The notes under the pieces were generated by a model, which worked only from the letters and a program-made list of their open reading frames with translations, made no database searches and was not told where the DNA came from. This document shows, in pieces, positions 1 through 10,745 of a DNA stretch of 64,000 bases. The translations under genes were made by a program, and so were the position numbers. Origin of the DNA: Smithella sp. (lineage in GTDB: Bacteria; Desulfobacterota; Syntrophia; Syntrophales; Smithellaceae). The stretch is taken from the NCBI GenBank assembly GCA_039679455.1, contig JBDKUX010000075.1, positions 37,018 to 101,017 on the forward strand, in the 5' to 3' direction. Every line of letters starts with the position of its first letter. Position 1 is the stretch's first letter.

Positions 1-44
1 GTATCTCTTAATTAGCTTTAAAATTCAACACAAAAGCTAAATGA

Positions 45-3000
45 CTAAGACAACTGCGTTTCCTTTTTCTTCCAATTCTTTATCTTTGCCTGCAAGTCAT
101 CGAGAAGCTCGTAGCAGGACGGGACAACAACCAGCGTCAGCACCAGCGACGTCAACAGACCGCCGATAACCGCAATCCCCATGGGAGCACGCGTTTCCGC
201 CCCCTCGCCGACACCCAGGGCAATCGGCAGCATACCGAAAACCATGGCAAAGGTAGTCATGAGAATCGGCCTCATCCGGATAGGACCTGCCTGTAAAATC
301 GCTTCCCGGCGCGGCAGCCCTCTTTCCCGCAGCACATTCGTATAATCCACCAGCAGAATGGCGTTTTTCTTCACCAGTCCCATGAGCAGAATAAGACCGA
401 TCAGGCTGTAAATATTGATTGTTTTACCGGCAAGAAACAACGCGCCAAAAGCGCCGACAAAGGAAAGCGGCATGGACAACAAAACGGTGACCGGATGGAT
501 AAAGCTTTCAAACTGCGCAGCGAGAATCATGTAAGCCATAACCACGCCCAGCAGCAGGGCAAAAAGCAGGTAGCCGAATGATTCCGTCATGGTATCCGCC
601 GTTCCCTGATATTTGGGTAAATAATCGGGGGGCAAAATTTTATCAGCGATTTCATCCAACTCATTTTTCGCCTCACCCAGAGGTTTTTCTTCCAGTGAAG
701 CAAAAATCGTTACAGCCCTCTGCCGGTCAACGCGGTTGATGACACTGGGCCCACTTCCTTCCTGAATTTTCACTACATTGGAGAGTTCCACCAGATTGCC
801 GTCCCGGGCTCGCACATACATGCGTTTCAAATTGTCAGCACTGTTGCGATCCTCCGGATTCAGACGAACGCGAATATCATATCGTTTGCCGCGGGTTTCA
901 TCTTTATACCGGGCAATATCCACTTCTCCGCTGATGAGCAGGTTAATTGCTTCGGCAATGGTTGCAGCATCCACCCCCAGATTCGCCGCCCGATCGCGAT
1001 CTATATAAACTTTAAATTCCGGCTTGCCGGTCTCCAGAGACGTATCCACATCCACGATACCCGGCAGTTTGGAAAACTCAGCGGTTATCTGCTTGGCGTA
1101 ATTTTGCAATGCCTGCAAATCCTGACCGCGAATACTGTATTGGATCGGCACATTTCTCTGCCCGCCTCCGACCACCGAAATATTCTCCGCGGAAACTTTC
1201 AATCCCGGAATCTGCCGCAGTTTGGTGCGCGCTATTTTTTTTATGTCTTCCTGACTTCTTTTACGCTCGGCCTTTGGCTTGAGGTTCAAGATCATGAGAG
1301 CCCGATTGACATATCCGCCGTACCCCTGAACATAATAGACCGATTTTACCTCTTCAATTTCCTGCATCATGGCTTCCGTTCTTCCCAGATACTTTTCTAT
1401 CTGCTCAACGGAGTAATCAATCGGCGTTTCCATACGAATCATAAACACGCCTTGGTCTTCATCCGGCGTAAATTCTTTCCCGATAAAAACCGTAAGGGCC
1501 AGGCTCAAAATAAATATGATTAAAGCGCCCACCAACACCGTTTTACGGTAACACAGGGTATATTCCAGAACGCGGCGGTAGAACTCTTCCAGTTTTTTAT
1601 AGTAATATTCCAGAAACTCTCCGGCTTTTTTCCAGACCTTTTGTCGAACAGGAGGAACGCCGCTGCCAGCCCCGCCGCCTGCGGCCGGGGGATTGGGCAG
1701 AGATTTTTGATGAGACTTAAGAAAAATCGACGCCATCATCGGCGTTAACGTAAAAGAGACCAGCAGCGAGACTAAAACAGCAAAAACAATCGTGAGAGCA
1801 AACTGGAGGAAAAACCTGCCGATGATCCCTTTCATAAAAGCCACAGGCAAAAATATCCCCACGATGGCAAACGTGGTGGCCATGACGGCCAGCCCGATCT
1901 CGGAAGTGGCGAAAGTCGCCGCCTCGCGCGGTTTCATCCCGTCTTCCACATGACGGTAAATGTTTTCGATGACGATAATCGCATCATCGATCAGCAGCCC
2001 CACCGAAAGCGACAAAGCCAGCATTGTCATATTATTGAAAGTAAAACCGAAGGCATTGATCAGTGCAAACGTGGAGATGACGGAAACGGGAAGCGCCACG
2101 GCGCTGATAAGAGTAGTCCGGATATTCTGGAGGAAAAGAAATACGGTCAGAATTGCAAACAGGCTGCCGATAATCAAATGGAACTGGACTTCATCAATGG
2201 AACGGACAATAAAAAGCGACTGATCCATGGCGAAATTCAGTTTCATTCCCGGAGGCAGAGTTTTATTGATTCTTTCCACTTCCTTCTTGACACGGTTGGC
2301 CACTTCCACCGTATTTGTTCCCGATTGCTTCTGGATGGACATGCCGACAGCCGGAACACGGTTGAACCGCGCCAGGGACCTTTTTTCTTCCATGCCGTCT
2401 TCCGCCCTGCCGATATCCCGGATGCGCACCGGCGCCCCCTTATAATAGCTGATAATCAACTCATTAAAATCGGGAATTTTTTCAAATTCACCCTTGATGC
2501 GAACCGTATATTCTTTGGTGCCGGTCTCGATGCGGCCGCCCGGCAGCTCAATATTCTGGCGGGTCAGGGCGGTAGTAATATCGTTGGGAGATACCTGGTA
2601 TGCCTGCATTCGGGCGGCATCCACCCAGATGCGCACCTGCCTCAGCCGCAGGCCGTAGAAAATAACATCGCCGACGCCGTTTATGCGCTGAAGCTGCTCC
2701 TTGATAACTTCGTCGGCATAGGTGGAAAGATCACGAACGGAACGCTCTCCGGAAAGGTTTAACGACAAAATAGGTGTGGCGTCTGGGTCCACTTTGGCAA
2801 TCCGCGGCTCATCAATATCGTCGGGCAATTTGCTTCGAATCGCCGATACCTTCTCCCGCACATCCTGAACCGCCAGATCAATATTGCGCTCCAGAACAAA
2901 TTCGATTGTCGTGCGCGCAACACCTTCCGAACTCGTTGATGTAATGCTTTTAACCCCGTTGATGGTATTGACGGCGCCTTCAATTCTATCGGTGACATCC

Positions 3001-3182
3001 ACATCCATAACGTCGGAACTGGCGCCATTGAGCCTTGTGGTAACGGTGACAATCGGAAAATCAACTTTCGGTAAAAGATCGACTCCGATGAAGGGATAAC
3101 TGACGGCGCCCAGCACAACCAGGGCCAGGATGACCATGGTTGCAAAAACGGGCCGTTTGACCGACGTATCAGCGAGCCACAT
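45..3182 (-). CDS. RND-family efflux pump, inner-membrane permease (AcrB/HAE1-like)
   Basis: The 1045-aa ORF has a typical RND layout: an N-terminal TM ('RPVFATMVILALVVLG'), two large periplasmic loops and conserved TM motifs ('GLLIDDAIIVIENI', 'GLVKKNAILLVDY'). Its start overlaps the upstream MFP gene by 14 nt. Confidence 0.9.
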   Translation of the reverse strand: MWLADTSVKRPVFATMVILALVVLGAVSYPFIGVDLLPKVDFPIVTVTTRLNGASSDVMDVDVTDRIEGAVNTINGVKSITSTSSEGVARTTIEFVLERNIDLAVQDVREKVSAIRSKLPDDIDEPRIAKVDPDATPILSLNLSGERSVRDLSTYADEVIKEQLQRINGVGDVIFYGLRLRQVRIWVDAARMQAYQVSPNDITTALTRQNIELPGGRIETGTKEYTVRIKGEFEKIPDFNELIISYYKGAPVRIRDIGRAEDGMEEKRSLARFNRVPAVGMSIQKQSGTNTVEVANRVKKEVERINKTLPPGMKLNFAMDQSLFIVRSIDEVQFHLIIGSLFAILTVFLFLQNIRTTLISAVALPVSVISTFALINAFGFTFNNMTMLALSLSVGLLIDDAIIVIENIYRHVEDGMKPREAATFATSEIGLAVMATTFAIVGIFLPVAFMKGIIGRFFLQFALTIVFAVLVSLLVSFTLTPMMASIFLKSHQKSLPNPPAAGGGAGSGVPPVRQKVWKKAGEFLEYYYKKLEEFYRRVLEYTLCYRKTVLVGALIIFILSLALTVFIGKEFTPDEDQGVFMIRMETPIDYSVEQIEKYLGRTEAMMQEIEEVKSVYYVQGYGGYVNRALMILNLKPKAERKRSQEDIKKIARTKLRQIPGLKVSAENISVVGGGQRNVPIQYSIRGQDLQALQNYAKQITAEFSKLPGIVDVDTSLETGKPEFKVYIDRDRAANLGVDAATIAEAINLLISGEVDIARYKDETRGKRYDIRVRLNPEDRNSADNLKRMYVRARDGNLVELSNVVKIQEGSGPSVINRVDRQRAVTIFASLEEKPLGEAKNELDEIADKILPPDYLPKYQGTADTMTESFGYLLFALLLGVVMAYMILAAQFESFIHPVTVLLSMPLSFVGAFGALFLAGKTINIYSLIGLILLMGLVKKNAILLVDYTNVLRERGLPRREAILQAGPIRMRPILMTTFAMVFGMLPIALGVGEGAETRAPMGIAVIGGLLTSLVLTLVVVPSCYELLDDLQAKIKNWKKKETQLS

Positions 3183-4293
3183 TAACCTTTACCCCTTCCG
3201 ACAGATTGTTCTGACCGACCACAACAACCTGTTCTTGTTCCTGCAAACCTTCAACGACTTCCACACTCTCACCGTATTTGTTACCGATTTTTATAATTCT
3301 TTCGTGCGCTTTATTACTGTTGACTACAAAAACTGAGACCTTTGGTCCGTCATATAGAAGCGCCGTCAGGGGAATAACCACGGCATCCCGTGCCGCCTGC
3401 GTAAAAATCTGCGTGCGGGCAAAGTATCCCGGTTTCAACATATGGTCGGTATTGGAAACTATTGCTTCAGCCTGCAATGTTCTAGTCTTCTCTTCCACAT
3501 TCGGGTATAGCAAACTAAGCCTTCCTCTGAATTGCCGGCCGGCAAAAGCATCGACATTAAAAGCAACTTCCTGTCCTATTTTCAAAGCGGCAACATCTTT
3601 TTCACTGATGGTGAAATTCAGTTTTAAAGAATCAATTTTAATCAATTGAAAGAGAGGCGTTCCATTGCGTACATAATCGCCTACGGAAATTTTCTTCTCT
3701 TTCACTGCTCCGGCCAGCGGTGAATATATTTTGGTCCTGGCCAGCTTCTCTCTGGATGCCCCCAGAGTCGCCTTTGCCCGCTCCACTTCCGCCTGGGCCA
3801 GAGCCAGTTTTGTAGAGACATCATCAAACTGCTGTTTGGTGATCAGTTCCTCTTCATAGAGGGAACGTTTCCGCGAAAATTCAGCCCTGGCATTAACCAG
3901 ACTCGCCTCTGACTGCCGTAGAGCCGCTTCCGATCTTTTTGATTCCAGGCTATAATCAATATCATTAACAACTGCTAGAAGCGTTCCCGGCTGTATCCGG
4001 GAGCCTTCTTCAACTGTTATTTTTCTGACAATTCCATCCACTTCCGAACTCACAGTCACTTCTTCCTCAGCTTTTAAAGTACCTGTAGTTTCCAGATAAG
4101 GCCGAATCTGTTTTTTCTCGGCAAGGGCTATTTTGACATTGACGATTCTTTCCCTCTCCACTTTTTTCTCTTTGCCGCAGGCAATGCAGACCAGCATGAC
4201 GATTAAGGCGGTAAAGATTAAGAGTGGCAGGTATGCTCTGCGCTGTTCAGAAATATTCTTTTTGTTTCTGCGAACAGCCTTCTTCGAATTCAT
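3169..4293 (-). CDS. RND efflux membrane-fusion (periplasmic adaptor) lipoprotein, HlyD family
   Basis: The ORF track gives 3169..4323. I prefer the ATG at 4293 (MNSKK...), which is preceded by GGGAGGA. It has a lipobox-like 'VCIAC', a coiled-coil hairpin ('ALRQSEASLVNARAEF...ALAQAEVERAKATL') and barrel-sandwich/beta-barrel segments. It sits between the OMP and RND genes. Confidence 0.85.
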   Translation of the reverse strand: MNSKKAVRRNKKNISEQRRAYLPLLIFTALIVMLVCIACGKEKKVERERIVNVKIALAEKKQIRPYLETTGTLKAEEEVTVSSEVDGIVRKITVEEGSRIQPGTLLAVVNDIDYSLESKRSEAALRQSEASLVNARAEFSRKRSLYEEELITKQQFDDVSTKLALAQAEVERAKATLGASREKLARTKIYSPLAGAVKEKKISVGDYVRNGTPLFQLIKIDSLKLNFTISEKDVAALKIGQEVAFNVDAFAGRQFRGRLSLLYPNVEEKTRTLQAEAIVSNTDHMLKPGYFARTQIFTQAARDAVVIPLTALLYDGPKVSVFVVNSNKAHERIIKIGNKYGESVEVVEGLQEQEQVVVVGQNNLSEGVKVNVAR

Positions 4294-4332
4294 GTAATGT
4301 ATCCTCCCGGAAACAGCCGTCAAAGGCCTTTT

Positions 4333-5649
4333 TTATTTACAGCCATTAATAAACTGCAGCAACGTGCCGCTGGTTCGTTTCAATCTCAGATTGGCCAGCT
4401 GGTAATTGTAGCGCGCTTCATTCACATTTTTCTCCGCCGAAAGCAAAAGAGAATTGGCATCCATCACGTCCAGGCTTGTGGCCAGCCCGTTGTTAAACAT
4501 CCTGATGATAGCGTTATAATTATCATCCGCAAAGATGAGTTGATCTTCCAAAAAGTGCAGAGTGCCCTGCTCCGTCTGCAAATCCAGATAGGCGTTCTGC
4601 AATTCTATATCCACAATTTTCTTGAACTCGTCATAGGCCAGTTTAGCCTGCCTTTCTTTGGCTTTAGCCTCCCTGTAGTCCGCTATCCTCAGCCCGCCTT
4701 CAAAGAAAGGAAAAGTCATCAACACGCCGGCTAAAACACTCTCCTTGTTCGTTGTCGAAGTAATCGGATCCTGATCGAAACCATTATAGACTGCAAATAA
4801 GCCGACATTGGGCCAGAAAGCACCCCGGGCATACTTTACCTGCTCAGCGGCCATTTTCTTCTGGATGTCATAACTCTTCAGATCGGAACGTGAATCCGCG
4901 ACGGCGTCGCGCAGTTTATTGAAGTCAACATATTCGTCTATGGGCAGGGTTGTTTCCTTCAGCAGGAATTCATCCTCAATCACAACGATCCTGCTCAGCG
5001 TGGCACGGGCACTTTTGAAAGAATTAGTGGCCTTAAGATACTCGGAACGCGCTCCGGAAAGTTCACCATCCGCCCTCAAAAGAGCTGTTCTCGTGAGTTC
5101 ACCGACTTTCACTCTTTTTGCCACGGAGTCACGGTATTGCGTCAGACGCTCCATATTCGCGGCGGCAACTTCGAGAGACTTTTTCGCTTTCAAGGTCTCA
5201 TAATAAGCCGCTGCAATCGCCAGAACAAAATCTGATTTTGTAGCATCCAGATCATACTCGTTTTTTGTAATGTTCTGACCGGCATATTTCAGGGCGTTTA
5301 ACTCACGGGCGGAGAGCGAAAAAGATTCATCAGCGCGCACGCCCCAACTGCCGGATTTATCAGGCTGAATGAGAGTGGGGCCGGAGCTGGAAGAAGAATC
5401 GGCATACTTCTTCTCCGAATACTGGTTATATGTACCGTAGGCCGTAAGCTTGGGAACTAAAACCGCCCACGCTTTATCCTTACCGGTTTTAGCAATGTAG
5501 AGGTTTTCCTCGGCGTATTTAATTTTTTCAGAAATTTTCAAGGCATGATGATACAAGTCACACAACGTGTATTCCCTGGCATTTGCCGCAGAAGCAAAGG
5601 CAATCAGCACCGTGAATAAGACAACTACGCAAAACACTCTTTTTCTCAT
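4333..5649 (-). CDS. TolC-like outer-membrane efflux protein
   Basis: The 438-aa ORF has a signal peptide ('MRKRVFCVVVLFTVLIAFASAANA') and two tandem OEP-type repeats rich in coiled-coil sequence. It is the first gene of the OMP-MFP-RND operon. Confidence 0.85.
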   Translation of the reverse strand: MRKRVFCVVVLFTVLIAFASAANAREYTLCDLYHHALKISEKIKYAEENLYIAKTGKDKAWAVLVPKLTAYGTYNQYSEKKYADSSSSSGPTLIQPDKSGSWGVRADESFSLSARELNALKYAGQNITKNEYDLDATKSDFVLAIAAAYYETLKAKKSLEVAAANMERLTQYRDSVAKRVKVGELTRTALLRADGELSGARSEYLKATNSFKSARATLSRIVVIEDEFLLKETTLPIDEYVDFNKLRDAVADSRSDLKSYDIQKKMAAEQVKYARGAFWPNVGLFAVYNGFDQDPITSTTNKESVLAGVLMTFPFFEGGLRIADYREAKAKERQAKLAYDEFKKIVDIELQNAYLDLQTEQGTLHFLEDQLIFADDNYNAIIRMFNNGLATSLDVMDANSLLLSAEKNVNEARYNYQLANLRLKRTSGTLLQFINGCK

Positions 5650-5743
5650 TAATAAAACTTTTTCCTCCCCTGCCGTTTTCCACTAATACTATCGCCGGAA
5701 TATTACCATCGTCCGGTGCAGTAAACCGGTATGACCTGCAGGT

Positions 5744-6451
5744 TTATTTCTGCGCCAGAGTCTCTTTGATCTTTTGCGCCAGTTTAATATCCTCAAAAAT
5801 CTTTTCAATGGCGTCGCCCAGGGCAATATTTAACTGTTCTTCCAGCCGGGCCTCCGAAAAAGATACGTGCTCCAGCGCCGTATTGCTTTCCACAGAACTC
5901 CTGTACAGTACATTTCCGTTTGCCGGACTAGTAAGGACAAGGGTCAGCTTTACCACCGCCTTATAAGAATCCGTGGGGAACCCCTTCCGGCAGGTTAATT
6001 CCAACTGGTCAATGGTTCCGCCGATAACAAGTTTACTTCCAGCTTTTGGTACGGCTGCTTCCTTCTGATCCCATTTTCTGGTGTCGTTGTAAATTTTATA
6101 TCCGGCTTTCGCCAGGTATCTTTTTATGCCGGTCGACACAGCCTGCGTGGGTTTAGCATATTTCGGCACCACCAAAACTTTCATGCCGTCTTTTTCTACG
6201 ACATGCCCGATAACTATCGGATCATCAACCTTTCGTGCGTCCGTGAATTCGGCGACGGTAATCGCGGAATTAAGATTCTTGTTATCGTTTCTCAAGGATG
6301 ACGGTATGTTAACCCCGAATGCCTCATAATTCATATTCACGCTGTAAAGACTGCCGGTGCAGCCGCCTATACACAATAAACAGAAAAGCAATACAAAAGA
6401 TGCAAAACACGGCAAATTATTTTTGAATATCGACCATATTATTTTCTTCAT
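5744..6451 (-). CDS. lipoprotein of unknown function
   Basis: I chose the internal ATG at 6451 (MKKIIWSIF...), which has AAGGAGA upstream. A hydrophobic leader ends in the lipobox 'LCIGGC'. I recognise no catalytic motif. Confidence 0.6.
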   Translation of the reverse strand: MKKIIWSIFKNNLPCFASFVLLFCLLCIGGCTGSLYSVNMNYEAFGVNIPSSLRNDNKNLNSAITVAEFTDARKVDDPIVIGHVVEKDGMKVLVVPKYAKPTQAVSTGIKRYLAKAGYKIYNDTRKWDQKEAAVPKAGSKLVIGGTIDQLELTCRKGFPTDSYKAVVKLTLVLTSPANGNVLYRSSVESNTALEHVSFSEARLEEQLNIALGDAIEKIFEDIKLAQKIKETLAQK

Positions 6452-6687
6452 GACATATTTTCTCCTTTGCATAATGCGCTCGTGGCGTATTTTTTCAGAT
6501 TTGTATTTTCCCTCCCGGCAATACAGCCGGAAGTCCATCTTCCAAAGCGGTCATATATACCTTATGCAATCCTTTTTAAGCAAATCCTTTATGCCGGAAC
6601 TTCTTGTGCAAACAAAAATGATGGATATTGCAAAAAACGCCTGATTATAATAAAGACAAAGCAGTTATAGAAAGGAGAACACAATAA

Positions 6688-7566
6688 ATGGCAGATACCG
6701 ACGGAATCAAAGAACCAAAGATGTTTTACACCGACATCCCCCAAAAGACGGAAGGGTTTTTCCTGAAAGGCTCTAATTCGCTGGACTGGGGAATAAAAAA
6801 CAGGCTGGCGCGGATATTTAATCCCGTCTCCGGCCGGACAGTAATGCTGGCCATCGATCATGGTTATTTTCAGGGGCCGACAACCGGCCTGGAGCGCATA
6901 GACATCAACATTCTTCCTTTAGCGCCCTACGCCGACACCCTGATGCTGACCCGCGGCATTCTGCGCAGCGTCATACCACCTACTGTTTCCCAGTCTATCG
7001 TGCTGCGCGTGTCCGGCGGTGCAAGCATTCTTAAAGAATTGTCCAATGAGGACATTGCCGTTGATATTGAAGAATCCATCCGCTTAAACGTCTGCGCCAT
7101 GGCTGTCCAGGTCTTCATCGGCGGCGAATATGAAAAAGAATCTCTCATCAACATGACCAGGATGATCGACATCGGCAACCGCTACGGCATTCCGACGCTG
7201 GCCGTCACTGCCGTCGGCAAGGACATGGCCCGCGATGCACAATACTTCCGGCTGGCCTGCCGCATATGCGCAGAGCTGGGCGCGCACTACATCAAGACCT
7301 ACTATATCGACGAGGATTTCGAAACCGTCACCGCTTCGTGCCCCGTGCCGATCGTCATGGCGGGCGGCAAAAAGATACCGGAGCTCGATGCGTTGACCAT
7401 GGCCTACAACGCGATTCAGAGAGGCGCGGCGGGCGTCGATATGGGGCGCAACATTTTCCAGTCGGAAGCGCCTGTCGCCATGATTCAGGCGGTGCGGGCG
7501 GTCGTCCACAACAACGAAACACCGCAGCACGCCTTTGATCTTTACAATACATTAAAGAACCAATGA
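6688..7566 (+). CDS. lsrF: DhnA/LsrF-family class I aldolase-fold enzyme, closest by memory to LsrF (3-hydroxy-5-phosphonooxypentane-2,4-dione thiolase)
   Basis: The 292-aa ORF carries long stretches that match my recollection of E. coli LsrF: '[30 protein letters not shown]', 'TRGILRSV', 'GKDM.RD', 'IKTYY', '[12 protein letters not shown]', '[15 protein letters not shown]', 'AVVHNNET'. Confidence 0.65.
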   Translation: MADTDGIKEPKMFYTDIPQKTEGFFLKGSNSLDWGIKNRLARIFNPVSGRTVMLAIDHGYFQGPTTGLERIDINILPLAPYADTLMLTRGILRSVIPPTVSQSIVLRVSGGASILKELSNEDIAVDIEESIRLNVCAMAVQVFIGGEYEKESLINMTRMIDIGNRYGIPTLAVTAVGKDMARDAQYFRLACRICAELGAHYIKTYYIDEDFETVTASCPVPIVMAGGKKIPELDALTMAYNAIQRGAAGVDMGRNIFQSEAPVAMIQAVRAVVHNNETPQHAFDLYNTLKNQ

Positions 7567-8576
7567 AAGTCGCCTACTGGTACAACAACAAGGACATTCG
7601 CCTGGAAGAAGTTCCGACGCCTGCTCCCGGCCCGCAGGAAATGCTGATTAAAGTCATCTCCTGCGGCATCTGCGGCAGCGACATTGTTGAATGGTACCGC
7701 CTCCCGCGGGCTCCGCTGGTGCAGGGGCACGAAATCGGCGCCGAGGTCGTGGCAGCCGGCGACAGTGTAAAAAAATTTAAGCCGGGCGACCGGGTATTTG
7801 TCGCCCCCAAGGTGCCCTGCCTGAAATGTTTTTATTGCCAAAACAGCCATTATCCCCAGTGTTCGGAAATCAAGGAGCGGCTTCCCGGCGGCTTTGCCGA
7901 ATACATTCTCGTCCCGCAAATTCTCGTGGAAAACGGTGCTTACCTGCTGCCGCCGCAGATCACCTATGATCAAAGCACATTCATTGAACCGTTAGCCTGC
8001 GTCGTCCGGGCGCAGCGGCTAGCCGGGGTAAAACAAGGAGCATCCGTGCTGGTAATCGGCTGCGGCATGTCCGGCCTGCTTCATGTAAAGCTTGCGCGGG
8101 CACGGGGCTGCAGGGTCACCGCCGCTGACATCAACCCGATGAAGCTGGAATGCGCCCGGCGGATGGGCGCCGATATTGTTGTCAATGCAGCCGACAACAT
8201 CCCGGAGCAATTGATCGCCCAGACCGGCAGAAAAGCCAATGTCGTATTATTGTGCGCCTCGGCGGATTCCGCCCTGGAACAGGCCTGGAGCTCTGTCGAC
8301 AAGGGCGGAGTGATTGTATTTTTCGCTGTTCCCGGACCGGATAAAAAAGTTGTTGTTCCGGTCAATGATTTCTGGATGAAGGAAATTACAATCCTTACCT
8401 CGTACTACTGCGGTCCCCCGGACATCGTAGAATCGATGCAGCTCATCGCCACCGGCAATGTCACCGTGGATGACATGATCACCCACTGCCTGCCGCTTGC
8501 CGACATCACCCGGGGTTTCCAACTGGTTCTCGACGGCCGGGAATCGATCAAAGTAATCATCAAACCCCACGAATAA
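7563..8576 (+). CDS. Zn-dependent alcohol/polyol dehydrogenase (MDR family)
   Basis: It has 'CGICGSD' and 'GHEIGAEVV' catalytic-Zn motifs, a structural-Zn Cys cluster ('[15 protein letters not shown]') and the Rossmann motif '[11 protein letters not shown]'. A 4-nt overlap (ATGA) links it to the preceding gene. Confidence 0.85.
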   Translation: MKVAYWYNNKDIRLEEVPTPAPGPQEMLIKVISCGICGSDIVEWYRLPRAPLVQGHEIGAEVVAAGDSVKKFKPGDRVFVAPKVPCLKCFYCQNSHYPQCSEIKERLPGGFAEYILVPQILVENGAYLLPPQITYDQSTFIEPLACVVRAQRLAGVKQGASVLVIGCGMSGLLHVKLARARGCRVTAADINPMKLECARRMGADIVVNAADNIPEQLIAQTGRKANVVLLCASADSALEQAWSSVDKGGVIVFFAVPGPDKKVVVPVNDFWMKEITILTSYYCGPPDIVESMQLIATGNVTVDDMITHCLPLADITRGFQLVLDGRESIKVIIKPHE

Positions 8577-8617
8577 GGCTATCCTGTCCTGTAAAAAACT
8601 TTTTTTAATAATTATTT

Positions 8618-10131
8618 TACTCAACTTTCGCACATCATAGAGAGTGTGTATATAATTGATAATTAAGAAGAAAAAGTTTGTAAATGTCCTGAAAGAAGCA
8701 GCCGGTTTTTGTAAAATGGTTGTAATTCGTTCAGGAATTGTACCACAAGGGAACAGATCAGCTCTTTGGAAATCCCGACGATATTACTCAGCGCTTTTTC
8801 CAGCAGCGAGAGAAAGGGCATCAGTGCTTCGGCGAAACCGGCTTGTCGCAGTTCTTCGCAACAGGCGTGAAACAGGTTCCCAGCGTTCGGGGATCCTGCT
8901 TCGTCCTCTTGGCGAGGGCCAACATGATGTACCGGCAACACACCGTGGTGGCATAGGCGACAAGCGCATCATAGGATCGCCCCTGGCACTCTTTGGCAAG
9001 ATGGAGAAACGACTTGGCCATTTTGAAGAACACCTCGATGTCCCAGCGGCGCTTATAGGTTTGGACGATGTCCTCGTCAGTCAAGGTCACGTCCGTGGAC
9101 AGTAGTGCCAGCCACTTTTTGGTGCGCCTGTCCCGCACAAACACGATCTTTGCCGGAATCGGCACGCCCTGCTCATCCTCGCCGATTGCGACCATAACCG
9201 AAGCAAGAATCTTGGCGCGGCCACACTTCTTGCGGATTTTCCTGTAAATGGCCGCCAAGTGGAGTTCTTCTCCCTCGTAGCGATAAAAGATTCTTTCTGT
9301 GACCTTGAGCATGCAGAGGCTGTGCATCCCCTGGGCCAGCAACTTCCTCATGGTAGCCGGGCTTGAATCCCTTTGGCCTCGGCTACCATCTCCACCAGGA
9401 CATCGGTTGCCTTGCGGATGCATTCCCGGCGACGCTTCGCCCCGTTGGTGCGCCGGTCAATATCCGTACGTAAGGGGACCAGCCGGTTCTTTTCCTTGCC
9501 GGATGCCAAAAGCGCACAGGAAACAGGCAGAAAGCTGATGCCGTCAGACCACCCCAGGGTGAGCATCTTGAAGCCGCGGTAATACCGTTTATCGGTATGA
9601 TCGAAAACCCGCGAAAGCAACTCCACATGCTTGCTGCGATTACGGCGGTAGAGCGTATCATCGGCGATCAGCACCTTCCTGTTGGCAGCACCGGTCAATG
9701 GCTCCAGTTCCCGGCTGATCACCCGGGAGCTCAACAGCAGAAGGAATCTGCGCCAGTTGGTATGAATCGGGTTGAGAAACCGATATGCCGTGTCCTTGGC
9801 CATACCGCAGCTTTTATCTGCTTCCATGGTGCAAAAGATTCTTGCCCGTGAAGACCAGGGAGAGCAAAAGGCGGAACACGGCCACCGGAGAAATGCCCTT
9901 CTCCTTATTGCTGTTGCTTCGTTTCAGCAGGCTGCCGATTCTCTGATTATGAAAGAACTGGTGAATTTGGTTTTCACAGGAAATAATGTCTGGTATAGTT
10001 TGGCTCATAGCGTCACCTCGTGCATTATTGGCTTTTGTTGGGGAACAAAACCTTTATATCATACTTTGTTACGCTATACTACCAATAATTACAATATGTT
10101 ACAATTATTTCGCTCCTACGAAAGTTGAGTT
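8618..10131 (-). mobile_element. IS4-family insertion sequence, decayed
   Basis: Terminal inverted repeats share a 12-bp core: 'actcaactttcg' at 8619-8630 and 'cgaaagttgagt' at 10119-10130. Between them lie the transposase fragments. I saw no clear target-site duplication. Confidence 0.7.
8663..10008 (-). pseudogene. IS4-family DDE transposase, broken into at least four frames
   Basis: Consecutive minus-strand ORFs (9814-10008, 9348-9827, 8821-9423, 8663-8941) read as one transposase in different frames. The exact IS4 Y-(2)-R-(3)-E-(6)-K signature is present in 'YKRRWDIEVFFKMAK'. Confidence 0.8.
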
Positions 10132-10199
10132 AGGAACAATCCGCATGATTGCTCCAGCACTAATCGAAGAGATTTTAAACGGTTTAAGAGAGGATCGCC

Positions 10200-10745
10200 A
10201 TGGAATTTAAGATTGTGCTGGAAAAGCTTCTGGGAGAATTCGAGAGGCACAGCATCCGTTACGCCCTGACGGGCGGCTTTGCGATGGGGCTCTGGGGAGT
10301 CGGCCGGGTCACAGTGGATATCGATTTCCTTGTGCATCGAGATGACGCGGATAAGGTGGAAGCCATCATGCATCAGATCGGCTATGAGTGCCAATACCGT
10401 AGTGAAAACGTCGCGCAGTATTTGTCCCCGCTGAAAATCTTCGGCGAAATCGACTATATCTTTGCTTTCAGGCCGCCAAGCCGGAAGATGCTCGAAACAG
10501 CCGAAACAAAAGCCGTTTTCAACGGGGATTTGTCCATTCGCGTGCTCAGGCCTGAAGATCTTATCGCCATGAAAATGCAAGCCATTAAAAACGACCCCGC
10601 GCGAAGAGAAATCGATCTGGCCGATATCAGGGCGCTGGCTGAAATTAATAAAAAAGAGATGGATTTCATACTTATGGGCCAATACGTTAAATTGCTGGAT
10701 ATGGAAGAATTATGGAACGAAATTCTCAAGGACCTTCACAAATGA
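10200..10745 (+). CDS. minimal nucleotidyltransferase-fold protein (AbiEii/MNT-like)
   Basis: The 181-aa ORF has the pattern 'LTGGFAMGLWGVGRVTVDIDFLV', which fits the NTase G[GS]-x(n)-D-x-D signature. It sits next to the IS remnant. Confidence 0.55.
   Translation: MEFKIVLEKLLGEFERHSIRYALTGGFAMGLWGVGRVTVDIDFLVHRDDADKVEAIMHQIGYECQYRSENVAQYLSPLKIFGEIDYIFAFRPPSRKMLETAETKAVFNGDLSIRVLRPEDLIAMKMQAIKNDPARREIDLADIRALAEINKKEMDFILMGQYVKLLDMEELWNEILKDLHK

Noticed and set aside
1950-2762. A 270-aa plus-strand ORF, and several other 60-140-aa ORFs, lie inside the RND pump gene.
   Set aside because: They are antisense to a high-confidence 1045-aa RND gene and have low-complexity, Arg/His-rich composition. 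They have no RBS and are typical shadow ORFs.
8656-9105. A 149-aa plus-strand ORF and neighbouring short ORFs lie within the IS element.
   Set aside because: They are antisense to the transposase fragments, whose YREK motif fixes the coding strand. Their composition is Arg-rich shadow-frame sequence.
10116-10682. A 188-aa minus-strand ORF lies opposite the NTase gene.
   Set aside because: It fully overlaps the plus-strand ORF, which carries the NTase 'GG...DIDF' motif. It has no motif or RBS of its own.
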